A stretch of 64,000 bases of DNA from Octopus vulgaris. Lineage: Eukaryota. Of this stretch, positions 27,034 through 39,886 are shown in pieces. The stretch covers positions 56,296,001-56,360,000 of the forward strand of contig OX597819.1 in assembly GCA_951406725.2 (NCBI GenBank). Reading direction: 5' to 3'. Below the pieces are notes generated by a model. It made no database searches, was not told the origin of the DNA, and saw only the letters and a list, made by a program, of their open reading frames with translations. Position 1 is the first letter of the stretch. Each line of letters begins with the position of its first letter. A program made the translations under genes and the position numbers.

Positions 27034-27768
27034 TATTATATCTGATAATAGAATTGTTTCTAAACTCATCTACGTGTAATTTAAATCTTCAACTGTCCAA
27101 ATTCTTTTCATGAGTTTGTCCGAAACTTTCATGATTGTTTTCAGTCTTTTACTTAGCTCTTGTTTACCGTAAGTTCTGATTAATATGAAGATTTCTTCCC
27201 ATAAGTCTCAAATAATCTGGTGGTTGAAAAAAAATGGGTATGCGTATAACATATATGTGTCACACGTACCAGAGAATTACGTCCAGTGTATCAAATATAA
27301 TACAGAAGTCGAGCAAAGAATTAATCCATATATGCCCCGCCAAAAATGAAATCTTAAAATTACACAGTTCTTAGGTTAAACATTATGGTAAGCTTTCACA
27401 ATCTGGAAGAGAAAAACAGTATGCAACTGTTAGCTACGGGTGTGGACTAACTACTGAACATTTTGTGTGATCAATCAGATACTTTACGGTGAGTTCATGT
27501 CAGAGAGGAACAAGAGAATGAAAAAAAGAAACGTGTATAGTTCAGCAGTCCAACATGGCGAATGTATGTACATATATCAAGGGTTGAACAGAAAGAATAC
27601 AACACGGAGACGTTAGACGAAAGAAGAGCAAACGGAAAACTGAACGAAAACTTAACGAACGGGTAATTTAGGCAAAGACATGATACACGGAATACTTGAA
27701 GCTGACATTTCGATGACAGTCAATGCCTCAAAATATCATAGTGTTTTGGTTCCATTTACTATCGAGGC

Positions 27769-27809
<41 letters not shown>

Positions 27810-27810
<1 letters not shown>

Positions 27811-28480
27811 ACATTATTATTCATAAAAGTAATAATGTTAGTGACCGCAAGCATAAAAACCGTACAGGCAAAATAAATATAGGAGTCACTAAATCCGAAG
27901 CCTCAGGCATGATAGGAAAAAATTTAAGTGAATAAGAATTGTGTATTACCTCCGCAGAGGGTGCAGAAAGAACATCAGTTAATTTGATATATTGATTTCG
28001 AATTTAGCGCCAAAGGCACTCAATTATGTTTAACCAGATCTACTACTAACAATTACTAAAATTCACTCTATCATGCCTATGTTCGTTTGAGGGCCCAAGC
28101 ACCATTGAAACAAACGATCTATGTGAATTATAAATATATATATAACAGAACATTGTTGTTTATAAAAATAGTAACGTTAGTGGCCGCAAGCATAAAAAGC
28201 CATATAGGCAAAATTAATAAATATTTTCTTTTGTTTCAGTAATTTGACTGCGGCCTTGCTGGAACACCGTCTTTAGTCGAAATCGACCCCAGGACTTATT
28301 CTTTGTAAGCTTCGTACTTATTCTATTGTCACTTTTGCCGAGCCGTTTGAGTGACCAAGCACCATTGAAACAAGCGAACTATGTGAAATATTTATAAATT
28401 TATATAAAAAAATAAACCATTATTATTCATAAAAATAATAACGTTAGTGGCCGCAAGCTGTATAAGCAACATTAATAAAT
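27810..28480 (+). repeat. degenerate tandem triplication
   Basis: CATT.TT.TT.ATAAAA.TA.TAA.GTTAGTG.CCGCAAGC occurs at ~27812, ~28151 and ~28418. CCAAGCACCATTGAAACAA occurs at ~28095 and ~28355. A SINE A tail fragment lies at 28225-28345. Confidence 0.75.
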
Positions 28481-29346
28481 ATATTTAACATATAGAAATA
28501 TATTTATATGTATACCCACATATGTTTGTATAAAGATTATTTGAGTAATTCCCAAATATTTTCTAAATATATTTGTGATCAATCAGATATTTCAAAACTG
28601 TCGTGAAATTGATTTTTTAATATATTGTAGACTTCTTTTAGACACCGTCACAAACAGAAAACAAACAGAAACGCAAACAACTTGTAACACATATGAAAGT
28701 TAATTTAGAAGGAGAAACTATAACAACGCATCTTATATAGATGATGGAGGTTATTTAAACTTTGAAAATATCAAAAAAATAACCCGATAGTAGACAATAA
28801 AAATTAATTTATAAAATTAGCGAAATGTCATAAGTGCTAGGTAAACTCACATAAATCCATCCATCGAAAGAGCTATCAAAAATATTAAAGAAAGAAAAAA
28901 CACGCTTTGATAAATTTCAAGGTACTGCAGCAAAATTCAAGAAAATTTGTCACCAGCACACATACATAGCCATCATGGTTTTCTGTCTGTTCTAGAACGA
29001 TATTTTAACATATTGAGCATTGCATGTTTCAACAACCTGTAAAATAATAAGATAAATAGCTTGGGAACGGTGGAGACAACGAATGCTATTTCATTTCAAT
29101 CACACTGCAAATGATCTTGGAAAATACATTAGTGTTATATAACCTCACGGTTTCCTATTTGCCTGAACAATTAATATATACAGGTCCCGTGTGCGACTAA
29201 AAAAAAAAAGTAAAATGACAAGTTATATATAAGCGTATGGCTAGAATGACAACGACTATAAATGATATCCATGGCTACAAATAGATATCGAAATACACAA
29301 TATTAAAGACATGTGCATATCATATATACATATATATATGAATATG

Positions 29347-29396
<50 letters not shown>

Positions 29397-29512
29397 CATG
29401 CATACATACATATATACATACATATATATACATGTATAAATATAGATTGATATATATGCCATATGTTTATTGTATTGTGTATTTCGATGTTGTGTGTGTA
29501 TATATGTATGCA

Positions 29513-29574
<62 letters not shown>

Positions 29575-29769
29575 CTCGTTTTATTGCAAGTAATATTGCA
29601 AGTGAGGCATAAAAACAATCACAATAATTTAGCAACAGTAATTGATATTTTTGTTCCGCCAGATAATCTCTCTCCTGAAATTGGTGAGTCGGAAATTTAT
29701 GTTAACAACAAACTAAATTATAGAATTTCACAAGAAATAGCAAGAGAGGCACTCGCACACGCGTACACA

Positions 29770-29801
<32 letters not shown>

Positions 29802-30007
29802 TACACACACACACACACACGCACACACTGACATAGACACTCGAATAGATACTCAGGCGCATACAAAGACAAGTACGTATACAAATACACGCATACAGAT
29901 GCTTATGCAACCGCACATCTGTGCATGCGGTTCTATATCCGTACACATGCTTATGCCTACATACGCACATAATGTTTGCATATATATGTATTTGTATATA
30001 TATGTAT

Positions 30008-30115
<108 letters not shown>

Positions 30116-30281
30116 TATATAGTCAAGACTATTGAAAAGGTTGCAAGATGCAACGAAAATTTTAGGAAAATAAAAATAAGAAATAAGTGGAAATTTTACC
30201 GGTGGGTGTGTTACATTATAAAGCACAAAAAGAAAATTACTCTTCCCAGACACAACAGAATATGCTTCAACATACGAACTC

Positions 30282-30680
30282 ATATAAAGAATCTTACAAA
30301 TCTGTCTGTGTGTGTGTCTTCAAGGATCTCGGGCATCCTCCATCCGATTGCGTTCAAATTTGATATTTAGATACTGACTTTATCAGGGCGTGTATAAGTC
30401 TTGAAGAATTACAAAAATCGATTCCAGATGAGAATGTGATCGATAAAGCCGTTCTCCCAGTCTGCAGCCTAATCATTACTGGTACTTTAAACTTCGGTTG
30501 CAAATTTGTGTGGATAAAATTGTTTTTCTTTGGACTAGAAAAAAGTCTATCTTTATTTCTTCTTTTGCTGGTGTCTCAAATTTAGATTAAATCAGTGTTT
30601 CTCAAAGGGGAGGCATATGGGACGGTCGGACAAGTTGTTTTGAGAAAATTTGATTTAAATGTTTGACAACTCAGAACCGT
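30282..30680 (+). mobile_element. possible non-autonomous Helitron 5' portion
   Basis: ATATAAAG...TCTGTCTGTGTGTGTG...CCGATTGCGTTCAAATTTG resembles Helitron 5' ends. No 3' hairpin-CTAG found. Confidence 0.35.
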
Positions 30681-30705
30681 CCATTTGACGGAGGGCGTTT
30701 TGTTC

Positions 30706-30741
<36 letters not shown>

Positions 30742-30864
30742 CGTACATACACACAGATATGTTACATATTAATGAACACATAGAAGCGGATGAGATGCAT
30801 CCATAGTTGCTTAAATGCAGGTGGTTGCGTGTTTTTATATAAGTGGTGGTAGACAAAAGCAGCA

Positions 30865-30902
<38 letters not shown>

Positions 30903-31348
30903 AGAGAGAGAGAGAAAGGCAAAGATGGAGGGAAAAGGTAGAGTGATAGAAAGGTAAAGAACGTGGAATAATTAATGTTTGCAAGAAAGGTGAAAAAAAA
31001 AAAGGAAAAGAGAGTTAGAGAGAAAGAAAAAAAAAGTGTGCTAAACGTTGGTAGACAGTGAGTAAAAATTGAAGTCATAATTTTTTTTCTGTTTAATAAT
31101 AAAAATAATAATCAATAAATGTTATATATTTTGTCATTTAGCAAAATTTCAATAAATAAGACGGACACGTCAGTGAGACAGGCGACAAGCAAACAAACAC
31201 TGCTGAATTGGTGAATGAGTATATATTTAGATGTGTGTGTGTGTTTGTTTGTGTGTATGTATGTGTGTGTACGTGTGTTTATATATGTGTATGTGTGCGT
31301 ATGTATGTTTGTATGTATATATATATATATATATCGCAGTAAAAGCAA

Positions 31349-31379
<31 letters not shown>

Positions 31380-31400
31380 CATACATACACATACACACAC

Positions 31401-31492
<92 letters not shown>

Positions 31493-31630
31493 ATACACAC
31501 ACACATACACGTATACATATATATTCGGATAGATACATATATACATATATACCTACCTACCTACCTACTTACCTACCTACCTACCTACCTCCTACCTACC
31601 TACCTACCTACAAACTTACTTGCCTAGCTG

Positions 31631-31711
<81 letters not shown>

Positions 31712-31842
31712 TTACCTACCTACCTATATATTATATGCATATGCATATATATATATGTATATATGCATCCCACTCTCTCTCTCTCACTCTCACTCTCACT
31801 CTCTCTCTCCCTCTCTCTCTTTATATATATGTATATATCTAC

Positions 31843-31895
<53 letters not shown>

Positions 31896-31988
31896 ATTAG
31901 TTCACTAATAAAATGACAACTAAATCGACCATGAGAGAACTTGAATGCATTAAAGCGAATGAAAACTTGGAGAGAAAACCACAGATAA

Positions 31989-32077
<89 letters not shown>

Positions 32078-32501
32078 AAAAGAGTTGGGGAGATGGAGTT
32101 TTGAAAGACAAATATAAGAGAATGAGAAGGAGGAGAGAGAATTTTTGAGAAATGTGGAGGAATAAATTAAAATTATTATATTCATTTTTGCTTCTTGAAA
32201 AAAAATTTGCAGCAATACAACAATTCCTGAAAGGTTTGTTGTACTGTAATGTCTATCATTGTATTGTGTATCATGATAGAACAAGGGGAAGAGTTAAATA
32301 TTTCTAAGTGATACAACATTGGGATCAGTAGTAGTTATGTGGTTAAGTGTTCTGTTTTATGATCACGTAATTTCAATTCTTTTCCAAGTGCACCTCGTTA
32401 AGTAAATGGCTTCATGGCTTCTGTTACGGCATACTTTGGTTATCACAATTTGAGTGGGACTTGATAAATGAAACTGTGCTGAAAACCCTTGTGTTCGTGT
32501 A

Positions 32502-32552
<51 letters not shown>

Positions 32553-32559
32553 ATATATA

Positions 32560-32699
32560 GTGACGTATATTTGCCATTTTAATATGGCTAACCCCTAAAG
32601 GTGGATGCTACTGTAGTTTGTAGCCCCAGGAGGAGACACAAACTACAGTAGCATCCTCCCTTAGGGGTTAGCCATATTTAAATGGCAAATATACGTCAC
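32560..32699. repeat. near-perfect hairpin, ~62-bp arms with a 16-nt loop
   Basis: GTGACGTATATTTGCCATT...GTAGTTTGT / ACAAACTAC...AATGGCAAATATACGTCAC, about 3 mismatches. Confidence 0.95.
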
Positions 32700-32746
32700 G
32701 ATGTGTTGTAGCTACTGTTTATAACTCGCTCTGAGATTTATTATTG

Positions 32747-32797
<51 letters not shown>

Positions 32798-32856
32798 GTA
32801 TATAAAGGACAAAAGACAGCCAGTCAACTACAGGGGAAACATTCCTGTCACAACTT

Positions 32857-32900
32857 GGGACCTTGAAGACTGCTTAAATGCAAGAAAGTATACTAGTCCC
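32857..32900 (+). ncRNA. variant type-I hammerhead
   Basis: GGGAC-CTTGAAGA-CTGC(ttaaat)GCAA-GAAA-GTATA-CTA|GTCCC. Stem I 5 bp, palindrome AGTATACT, one extra nucleotide in the core. Confidence 0.55.
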
Positions 32901-33191
32901 TTGATATTCAATATTTCATCTATTCAATATAACAATCATCACTTCATTTCATTTTACTATATATACTATATATACTATATATTCTATATCCTACGTTGAT
33001 ATCATAAGAATACAAATAAAACATAAAAAACAGACAGAGTTGCAATTCCTTTGAATAATATATTCCTCTATACTCAATCAAACAAACTCCTTTATGTATA
33101 TAGTTGAAATTTACAGAAAAACTAAACACGAATACATGTGTATGAACAACAAGCTGGTGTTTTAGTTTGACGCACGGGAACGTGACAAAGT

Positions 33192-33227
33192 CTTTTACGT
33201 TTCGAGCTTACGCTCTTCAACAGAAAG
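33192..33227 (-). ncRNA. minimal hammerhead-like motif with core substitution
   Basis: CTTT-CTGTTGA-A-GAGC(gtaa)GCTC-GAAA-C-GTA|AAAG. A6 is replaced by U. Confidence 0.5.
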
Positions 33228-33323
33228 GAACCCAAGGAAATAAACAGAGAGAGAGAATAAACAAACTTTTGGAGTTAGCGGTCAATCATGGCGTATATAT
33301 ATATATATATATATATACATATA

Positions 33324-33957
33324 TAAAATAAATATAAGAGAGTGGTCACTATATGGCTCACTCTAGCACTAGTTAATCCAAAAGGTTTCAACCACAAAAA
33401 TACATGTTTCCCATGAAAGTCAGTACGATTGTTAGCTCACACGGACAGGGCAAATAAAAAATAACAAAAATACAGATTATTTTGGGACAATTGTTTCGCT
33501 ATTAATGAATTAAATGTAATTTTACTTACAAAAAAATCCACTTGTAGCTCGTCAGCCAAAACTATCTGGATGAAATCCACTCAATCACACGCCAGATTTT
33601 ACCATAACGATAAATACACGTGTGGTTCAATTGATTACATCCGACGTTATAATTCAAATGCCCCAACTAACAGCGCGCCAAACTTTCACGGAAAACAAAT
33701 ACTGCATTTAGAAATAAATGTAGCATAATTATAATTAATTAATAAGGGTGAGAGAATTAGATACTAATTTAATAGCATATCTATTCAACACCAAGTGGTC
33801 TAGTGCTCCGAGAAACCTGGATTATTATAATATTTTATAATATATTATAATATTTTTACAAAATAAATATAAGAGAGTGGTCACTATATGGCTCACTCTA
33901 GCACTAGTTAATCCAAAAGGTTTCAACCACAAAAATACATGTTTCCCATGAAAGTCA
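33324..33957 (-). mobile_element. ORF-less hammerhead element, 535-bp unit with ~99-bp terminal direct repeat, in TA-rich microsatellite
   Basis: 33324-33422 is identical by eye to 33859-33957. Single internal hammerhead. Confidence 0.85.
33480..33561 (-). ncRNA. type-I hammerhead ribozyme
   Basis: TTTTGG-CTGACGA-GCTA...TAGC-GAAA-CAATT-GTC|CCAAAA. Canonical core, palindrome ACAATTGT. Confidence 0.9.
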
Positions 33958-33974
33958 ACATACATATATATATG

Positions 33975-34250
33975 TGTGTGGTTAGGGCAGCGGCTCGTGG
34001 TCGTAGGATTGCGATTTCGATTCCCAGACCGGGCGTTGTCAGTGTTTATTGAGCGAAAACACCTAAAAGCTCCACGAGGCTCCGGCAGGGGGTGGTGATC
34101 CTTGCTGTACTCTTTCACCACTCTTTCTTCTGTTGGCCTGCTCGCTTAGCGAGCGGGATGGCGTCATTCGAAGGCTAAAACAATGCGAACGCATTGTGAC
34201 CAGCGATGTGTAACAACATCTGATGGTCTTGTCGGTCACGTGATCACGTA
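33975..34250 (+). mobile_element. SINE family C, tail variant 2 (RTE-like tail)
   Basis: Head and body match 120-270 inverted. Tail ends GTCGGTCACGTGATCACGT. Confidence 0.8.
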
Positions 34251-35249
34251 GCATAAATATATATATATATGTGAGTGTGTGTGTGTATATATGTTTATAC
34301 ACACACACACACACATATATATATATATGTATATATTCTTTTACTTGTTTCAGCCATTGCACCGCGGCGACGCTGGTCAAACAGATCGCCCCTCGTACTG
34401 TCCCCTTCATTTATCAAATCCCGCTCAAATTTTCGCTTTTCTTTAAGGGTAATCTACCCAATATTTCAGCTGTTCTAACGGCGTTTCTGTGTTGTAAAAT
34501 AAGTTATCATCTTATTACTATATGTATGTTTATTTAAAATCCATGTTATTCATTTATTAAATAACGATACGCACTCACACCCGAATTTTTAAACAGTAAG
34601 TTTATATACATTCTGTGCGACACTGCTCTTCCTTCACTCTTTCTTCTGTTCTCTCTCACCCCCGTACTTCTATTTCTAGCTTGTCCTCTTTCCCCATTTC
34701 TCTGTTTCTCTCTCACCCTCTCATTTGTATTTGTAGCTTTTCTCGTTCGCCTTTCCTCTTTCATTTCTTCCCTTATTTTCTCTCTGTCACTCTCTCTCTC
34801 CTTTACCTGCTGCTGACATGTGACCTCTGGCCAGCTTTCCTTCGTTCTCTTCCTTTTTCACATCTGTCGCAAAAACATTCTCTTCTTACTATTTCCATAT
34901 CCTTTAGGATTTCTTGTCAGCATTACCTACTATTCTTGCGTTTTTGGCCCTAAAGCCGTATTTTGCTCGTTTCTCATTTATTTCGTCGTTGTCCATCGTC
35001 TTCAATTACATTTTCTTACTTTCGTATGTCCACTCTGTGTTGTTTTGTTTGCTTGAGGCCCGACATTCTCTGCGACTTTCGCTTGCACCACCAATATGGG
35101 AAGTTCTCATTCTTATGATTAATGGTGCGAAACCGAGTATTGCGATTTGGTTGATAATTAGGGACCCTCTGTGTCTGTCCCCCGTCCGGTTGTTCCTTCA
35201 GTATACATATTCGTTTTTTATCTGTCGTTTATTTACAATGCATTTTTCA

Positions 35250-35340
35250 TAGAAACGTTAGACGCCGGGCGAAAAGCTTAGTGTTATTTCGTCTGTCTTT
35301 ATGCTCTGAGTTCAAATTCCGCCGAGGTCGACTTTGCTTT
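35250..35340 (+). mobile_element. SINE family B 5' fragment
   Basis: CGCCGGGCGAAA...GAGTTCAAATTCCGCCGAGGTCGAC. Confidence 0.8.
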
Positions 35341-35342
35341 AT

Positions 35343-35745
35343 AGGCACAGGAGTGGCTGTGTGATAAGTAGCTTGCTTACCAAACACATAGTTTCGTGTT
35401 CACTCCCACGGTGTGGTATCTTGCGCAAGTGTCTTCTACTATAGCCTCGGGCGGACCAAAGCCATGTGAGTGGATTTGGTAGAAGGAAACTGAAAGAAGC
35501 CCGTCGTATATATGTATATATATATGTATGTGTGTGTAAATGTTTGTATGTGTTTGCACCCCCTCAACATCGCTTGACAACAGATGGTGGTGTGTTTACG
35601 TCTCCGTAACTTAGTGGTTCCGCAAAAGAGACCGATAGAATAAGTACTAGGCTTCCAAAGAATAAGTCCTGGGGTCGATTTGCTCGACTAAAAGGCGGTG
35701 CTCCATCATGACTGCAGTCACATGACTGAAATAAGTAAAAGAGAG

Positions 35746-35746
<1 letters not shown>
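35343..35746 (+). mobile_element. SINE family A, full length
   Basis: Family match from head to AAAAGAG tail. Confidence 0.9.
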
Positions 35747-35801
<55 letters not shown>

Positions 35802-36649
35802 GCATACATACAAACATATATGTACGTACCGACATCTACATGTATATATACATGTATATATAAATATATATATACGTACAGGACATCACAAGAAGACGGA
35901 AAAATCAACAGAACGAAAACGGAGAAGACATTTTGTTACAACAGAAGGACAGAGACGTGGAACAAGACGAAACGAAAACGAAAACGGGAAAAACAATTGT
36001 GTGCAGCAGAAAAACGAAGTACAGGACATGCTACACAAGGAAAAATCCCCTTCATCAGCTGTCGCTAGCAGACACGTGTTTCGAAGGCAGAGACAGAACA
36101 CGTAAGGTCAAGCTAGGCCTTCCTACGAGAGAATTAAAATAAAATAAACTCGTAGAGGCGTAAACGAGCAGGAAAAATGTAACACAAAAAGGGACATAAC
36201 AAAGAACTGCACAAAAAATACATACAAGAAAAAAATAATACAAAATTAAAGATACATGTACACGAAAATACATAACGAGAATTAAATTAAAATACGAGAA
36301 ATCAAAAATAAACAAGAGAACAAACGAAAAAGACGAACATATATGTACATTAGCCGACTCCCTCCATCAAATCGACGTTGCCTGAACAGATGCCTGAATA
36401 GACGTACCACATTTCAGATGTTGAAATGATTGTAGATCGACTGAGATTAAGTATTTTGCTCAGGAACACAAACCACCAGTAATTGAAACCACCATCTCAC
36501 GATCTTGAGTGCAGCAACCTAACTGCTAGGTTAAGTGCACTCTCTCCCTCACGCATTCTCTCCCTCACGCACCCTCTCTCACTCTCTTTCTCACTCTCTC
36601 TGTCTCTCACTCTCTCTCTCCCTCACACACACACACACAAAGTATGTAT

Positions 36650-36812
36650 ACAAGGGGATTCCATACAGTTTCACTCTACCAAATTTACTCACAACTCTTT
36701 GGTCGGCCTGGAGTTATAATAGAAGACAGTTGCTCAAGGTGCTGCGCAGTGGGACCGAACCTGATACCACGCGGCTGCAAATCTTCTTAACCACACAGCC
36801 AAATCTACGCCT
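36650..36812 (-). mobile_element. SINE family A 5' half, decayed
   Basis: Family match. Confidence 0.7.
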
Positions 36813-36883
36813 ATTCCATGCTATTCATGTCTCCCTCTTTTTCTCTCTCTTTCTCTCGGTTTTTTCTCTCTCTGTATGTATGC

Positions 36884-36985
<102 letters not shown>

Positions 36986-37380
36986 GTATATGTGTGTGTG
37001 AGTGTGTGTGTGTGTGAGAGAGAGTCCATATATTCCTGTGAAAACCGATGTTCTGTCCAAAGGCGAAGCATAACAATTCATCGAATATTTATATATAAAA
37101 TTTCTTGGAAAAAATACACAGAGTTTTTGAAAGGAAAATCTATAGATTTGACAAGTGGGGTTTGAAAATATAACAAAATATAACATTTACCAGTGAAGTT
37201 TATTTACACAGAAGGTAAATTTTTCGATATTAATTCATTGGTGTCCCAGGATAACTGTAGTCCACTGAATGAAAGGAACAGAAGATAACAGACAATTACA
37301 AATTACTAGTAGAAATTTTTGTCTCAGAATAGCAGAGACATTAAGCTACTCTACAAGTGGCGCCAATGATGGTGAAAATA

Positions 37381-37482
<102 letters not shown>

Positions 37483-37596
37483 ATATATATATTGGTAAAA
37501 ACGGTAAGATAACAAAAGAAAGAAAGAGACCTCAATATTATGTAAATAGAGGAAATTTATCTATAAAATAATATGTTACATTACTCAATAGTCAAG

Positions 37597-37655
37597 ATAA
37601 AACACTGAGTTTCAGATTCCGGAGTGGAAATCCACAACACCATCTCTTCGGTTAT
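37597..37655 (-). ncRNA. variant hammerhead (CCGAAGA core)
   Basis: ATAA-CCGAAGA-GAT...ATCT-GAAA-CTCAGT-GTT|TTAT, inside the TA-adjacent fragment 37491-37655. Confidence 0.45.
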
Positions 37656-38665
37656 AGGCGTAGGAGTGGCTGTGTGGTAAGTAGCTTGCTTACCAACCAC
37701 ATGGTTCTGGGTTCAGTCCCACTGCGTGGCACCTTGGGCAAGTGTCTTCTACTCTAGCCTCGGGCCGACCAAAGCCTTGTGAGTGGATATATATATATAT
37801 ATATATATAAACATTCTATCAAACATACTCTTTTACTCTCTTTTACTTGTTTCAGTCATTTGACTGCGGCCATGCTGGAGCACCGCCTTTAGTCGAGTAA
37901 CTCGACCCCGGGACTTATTCTTTGTAAGCCCAGTACTTATTCTATCGGTCTCTTTTGCCTAACCGCTAAGTGACGGGGACATAAACATACCAGCATCGGT
38001 TGTCAAACAATGCTAGGGGGACAAACACGGACACACAAACATACATGCACATACATATATATACATATATACGACGGGCTTCTTTCAGTTTCCGTCTACC
38101 AAATCCACTCACAAGGCTTTGGTCGGCCCGAGGCTATAGTAGAAGACATATGCCCAAGGTGCCACGCAATGGGAATGAAGCCGGAACCATGTGGTTGGTA
38201 AGCAAGCTACTATACCACACAGCCATTTATCTTTTACTTGTTTCAGTCATTTGACTGCAGCCATACTGGGGCACCGCGTTGAACGGTTTTAGTCGAATCA
38301 ATCAACTCCAGGACTAATTTTCTTAAAGCTTGGTACTTATTCTATCAGTCTTTTTTTTGCCAAATCCTTATGGGAACGTAAACAGACCGAGACCGGTTGT
38401 CAAGCAGTGGTGGGGCCAAGCGCAGATACAAGGACATAAATACACACACACACATACACACACATACACACACACACACTCACTCATATACACACTCTCA
38501 TACCCACACACACATACATACATATACGGCGGGCTTCTTTCAGTTTCCACCTACCAAACTCGTCCTAGGCTATAATAGTAGACACTAGAGCAAGATGCCA
38601 CGCAGCAGGACTGAACTTGGAAGCACGTGCTTGAGATGCGAACTTCTTACCACACAGCTACGCCT
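37656..38665. mobile_element. cluster of three SINE A copies (+ 37656-37787; - 37828-38225; - 38230-38665)
   Basis: Family matches. Confidence 0.9.
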
Positions 38666-38678
38666 ATCCCTCTCTGTC

Positions 38679-38731
<53 letters not shown>

Positions 38732-39360
38732 ATCTATCTATCTACCTATCTATCTATCTGTCTTTCTGTCTTTCTATCTATATCCATTTTAGTATTAACT
38801 ATTGGAAAAAAGAGTACCTAATGCCAATATTTTAATTCGGTCTACTCAGCCTATTGTCACACCGTCTTTCATTTGTATGCACACAAAATCTTCAGGCTAG
38901 TAGTGATTCGGAGCAATAGATGTGTTTGCATAAACAGAAACAATACCGTTTGCGATGCAACTCCACGTGCCGCAAAACATACACTTTCGTAAATCATACA
39001 AATATGTAACCGGTTAGATATATGAACTTTGATATAAATAAATCTTATATACACTTTGTGCGTGTTCAAGTTCATTTGTTTGATATATATATACATACAC
39101 ACAACCAGACACACACACACACATACATGGTTGCTGTTATGCAAAAGTGTTGTAAGTCCAAAACGTCACTTTTTCAGAAAAGAAAAAAAAAAAAACAGTT
39201 TCACCATTCCGTAGCAAAATCGTTGTACCACACTTTGACAATTTTTTTTAATATCTTGGCATCTGAAGCACCTGGAGATACCATAGTTTGAACAAAAGAA
39301 CCGGCTTTTCAAGCAAAAATAAGTATTGGAAAAACTAATTTGACCAAAGTTGAACATATA

Positions 39361-39782
39361 GGCGTAGGAGTGGCTGTGTGGTAAGTAGCTTGCTTACCAA
39401 CCACATGGTTCTGGGTTCAGTCCCAGTGCCTGGCACCTTGTGCAAGTGTCTTCTACTCTAGCCTCGGGCCGACCAAAGCCTTGTGAGTGGATTTGGTAGA
39501 CGGAAAGTGAAAGAAGCCCGTCGTATATATGTATATATTTTGGTATGTGTGTGTATATGTTTGTGTCTGTGTTTGTCCCCCCAACATCGCTTGACAACCG
39601 ATGCTGGTGTATTTACGTCCCCGTCACTTAGCGGTTCGGCAAAAGATACCGATAGAATAAGTACTAGGCTTCCATAGAATATGACCTGGGGTCGATTTGC
39701 TCAACGAAAGGCGGTGCTCCAGCATGACCACAGTCACATGACTGAAACAAGTAAAAGATTAAAAGAGTAAAGAGTAAAGAGT
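39361..39782 (+). mobile_element. SINE family A, full length
   Basis: GGCGTAGGAGTGGCTGTGTGG head, GGGTTCAGTCCC B box, AAAGAGT tail repeats. Confidence 0.92.
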
Positions 39783-39886
39783 ATACGACAATTTCACATA
39801 AAAGAAACAATATATATATATAAGAATTTTTTGCGTTATGAGATAAAAAAACCCAAGGGTGTGTAGATATTAAAACATTTATAGAT

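Noticed and set aside
27540-27770. TA-adjacent fragment with CGAAATGTCAGC on the minus strand
   Set aside because: No CUGANGA partner found, so a ribozyme cannot be called.
27810-28480. Spaced repeats superficially like a CRISPR array
   Set aside because: Degenerate, irregular ~270-340-bp period, eukaryotic context, no cas genes.
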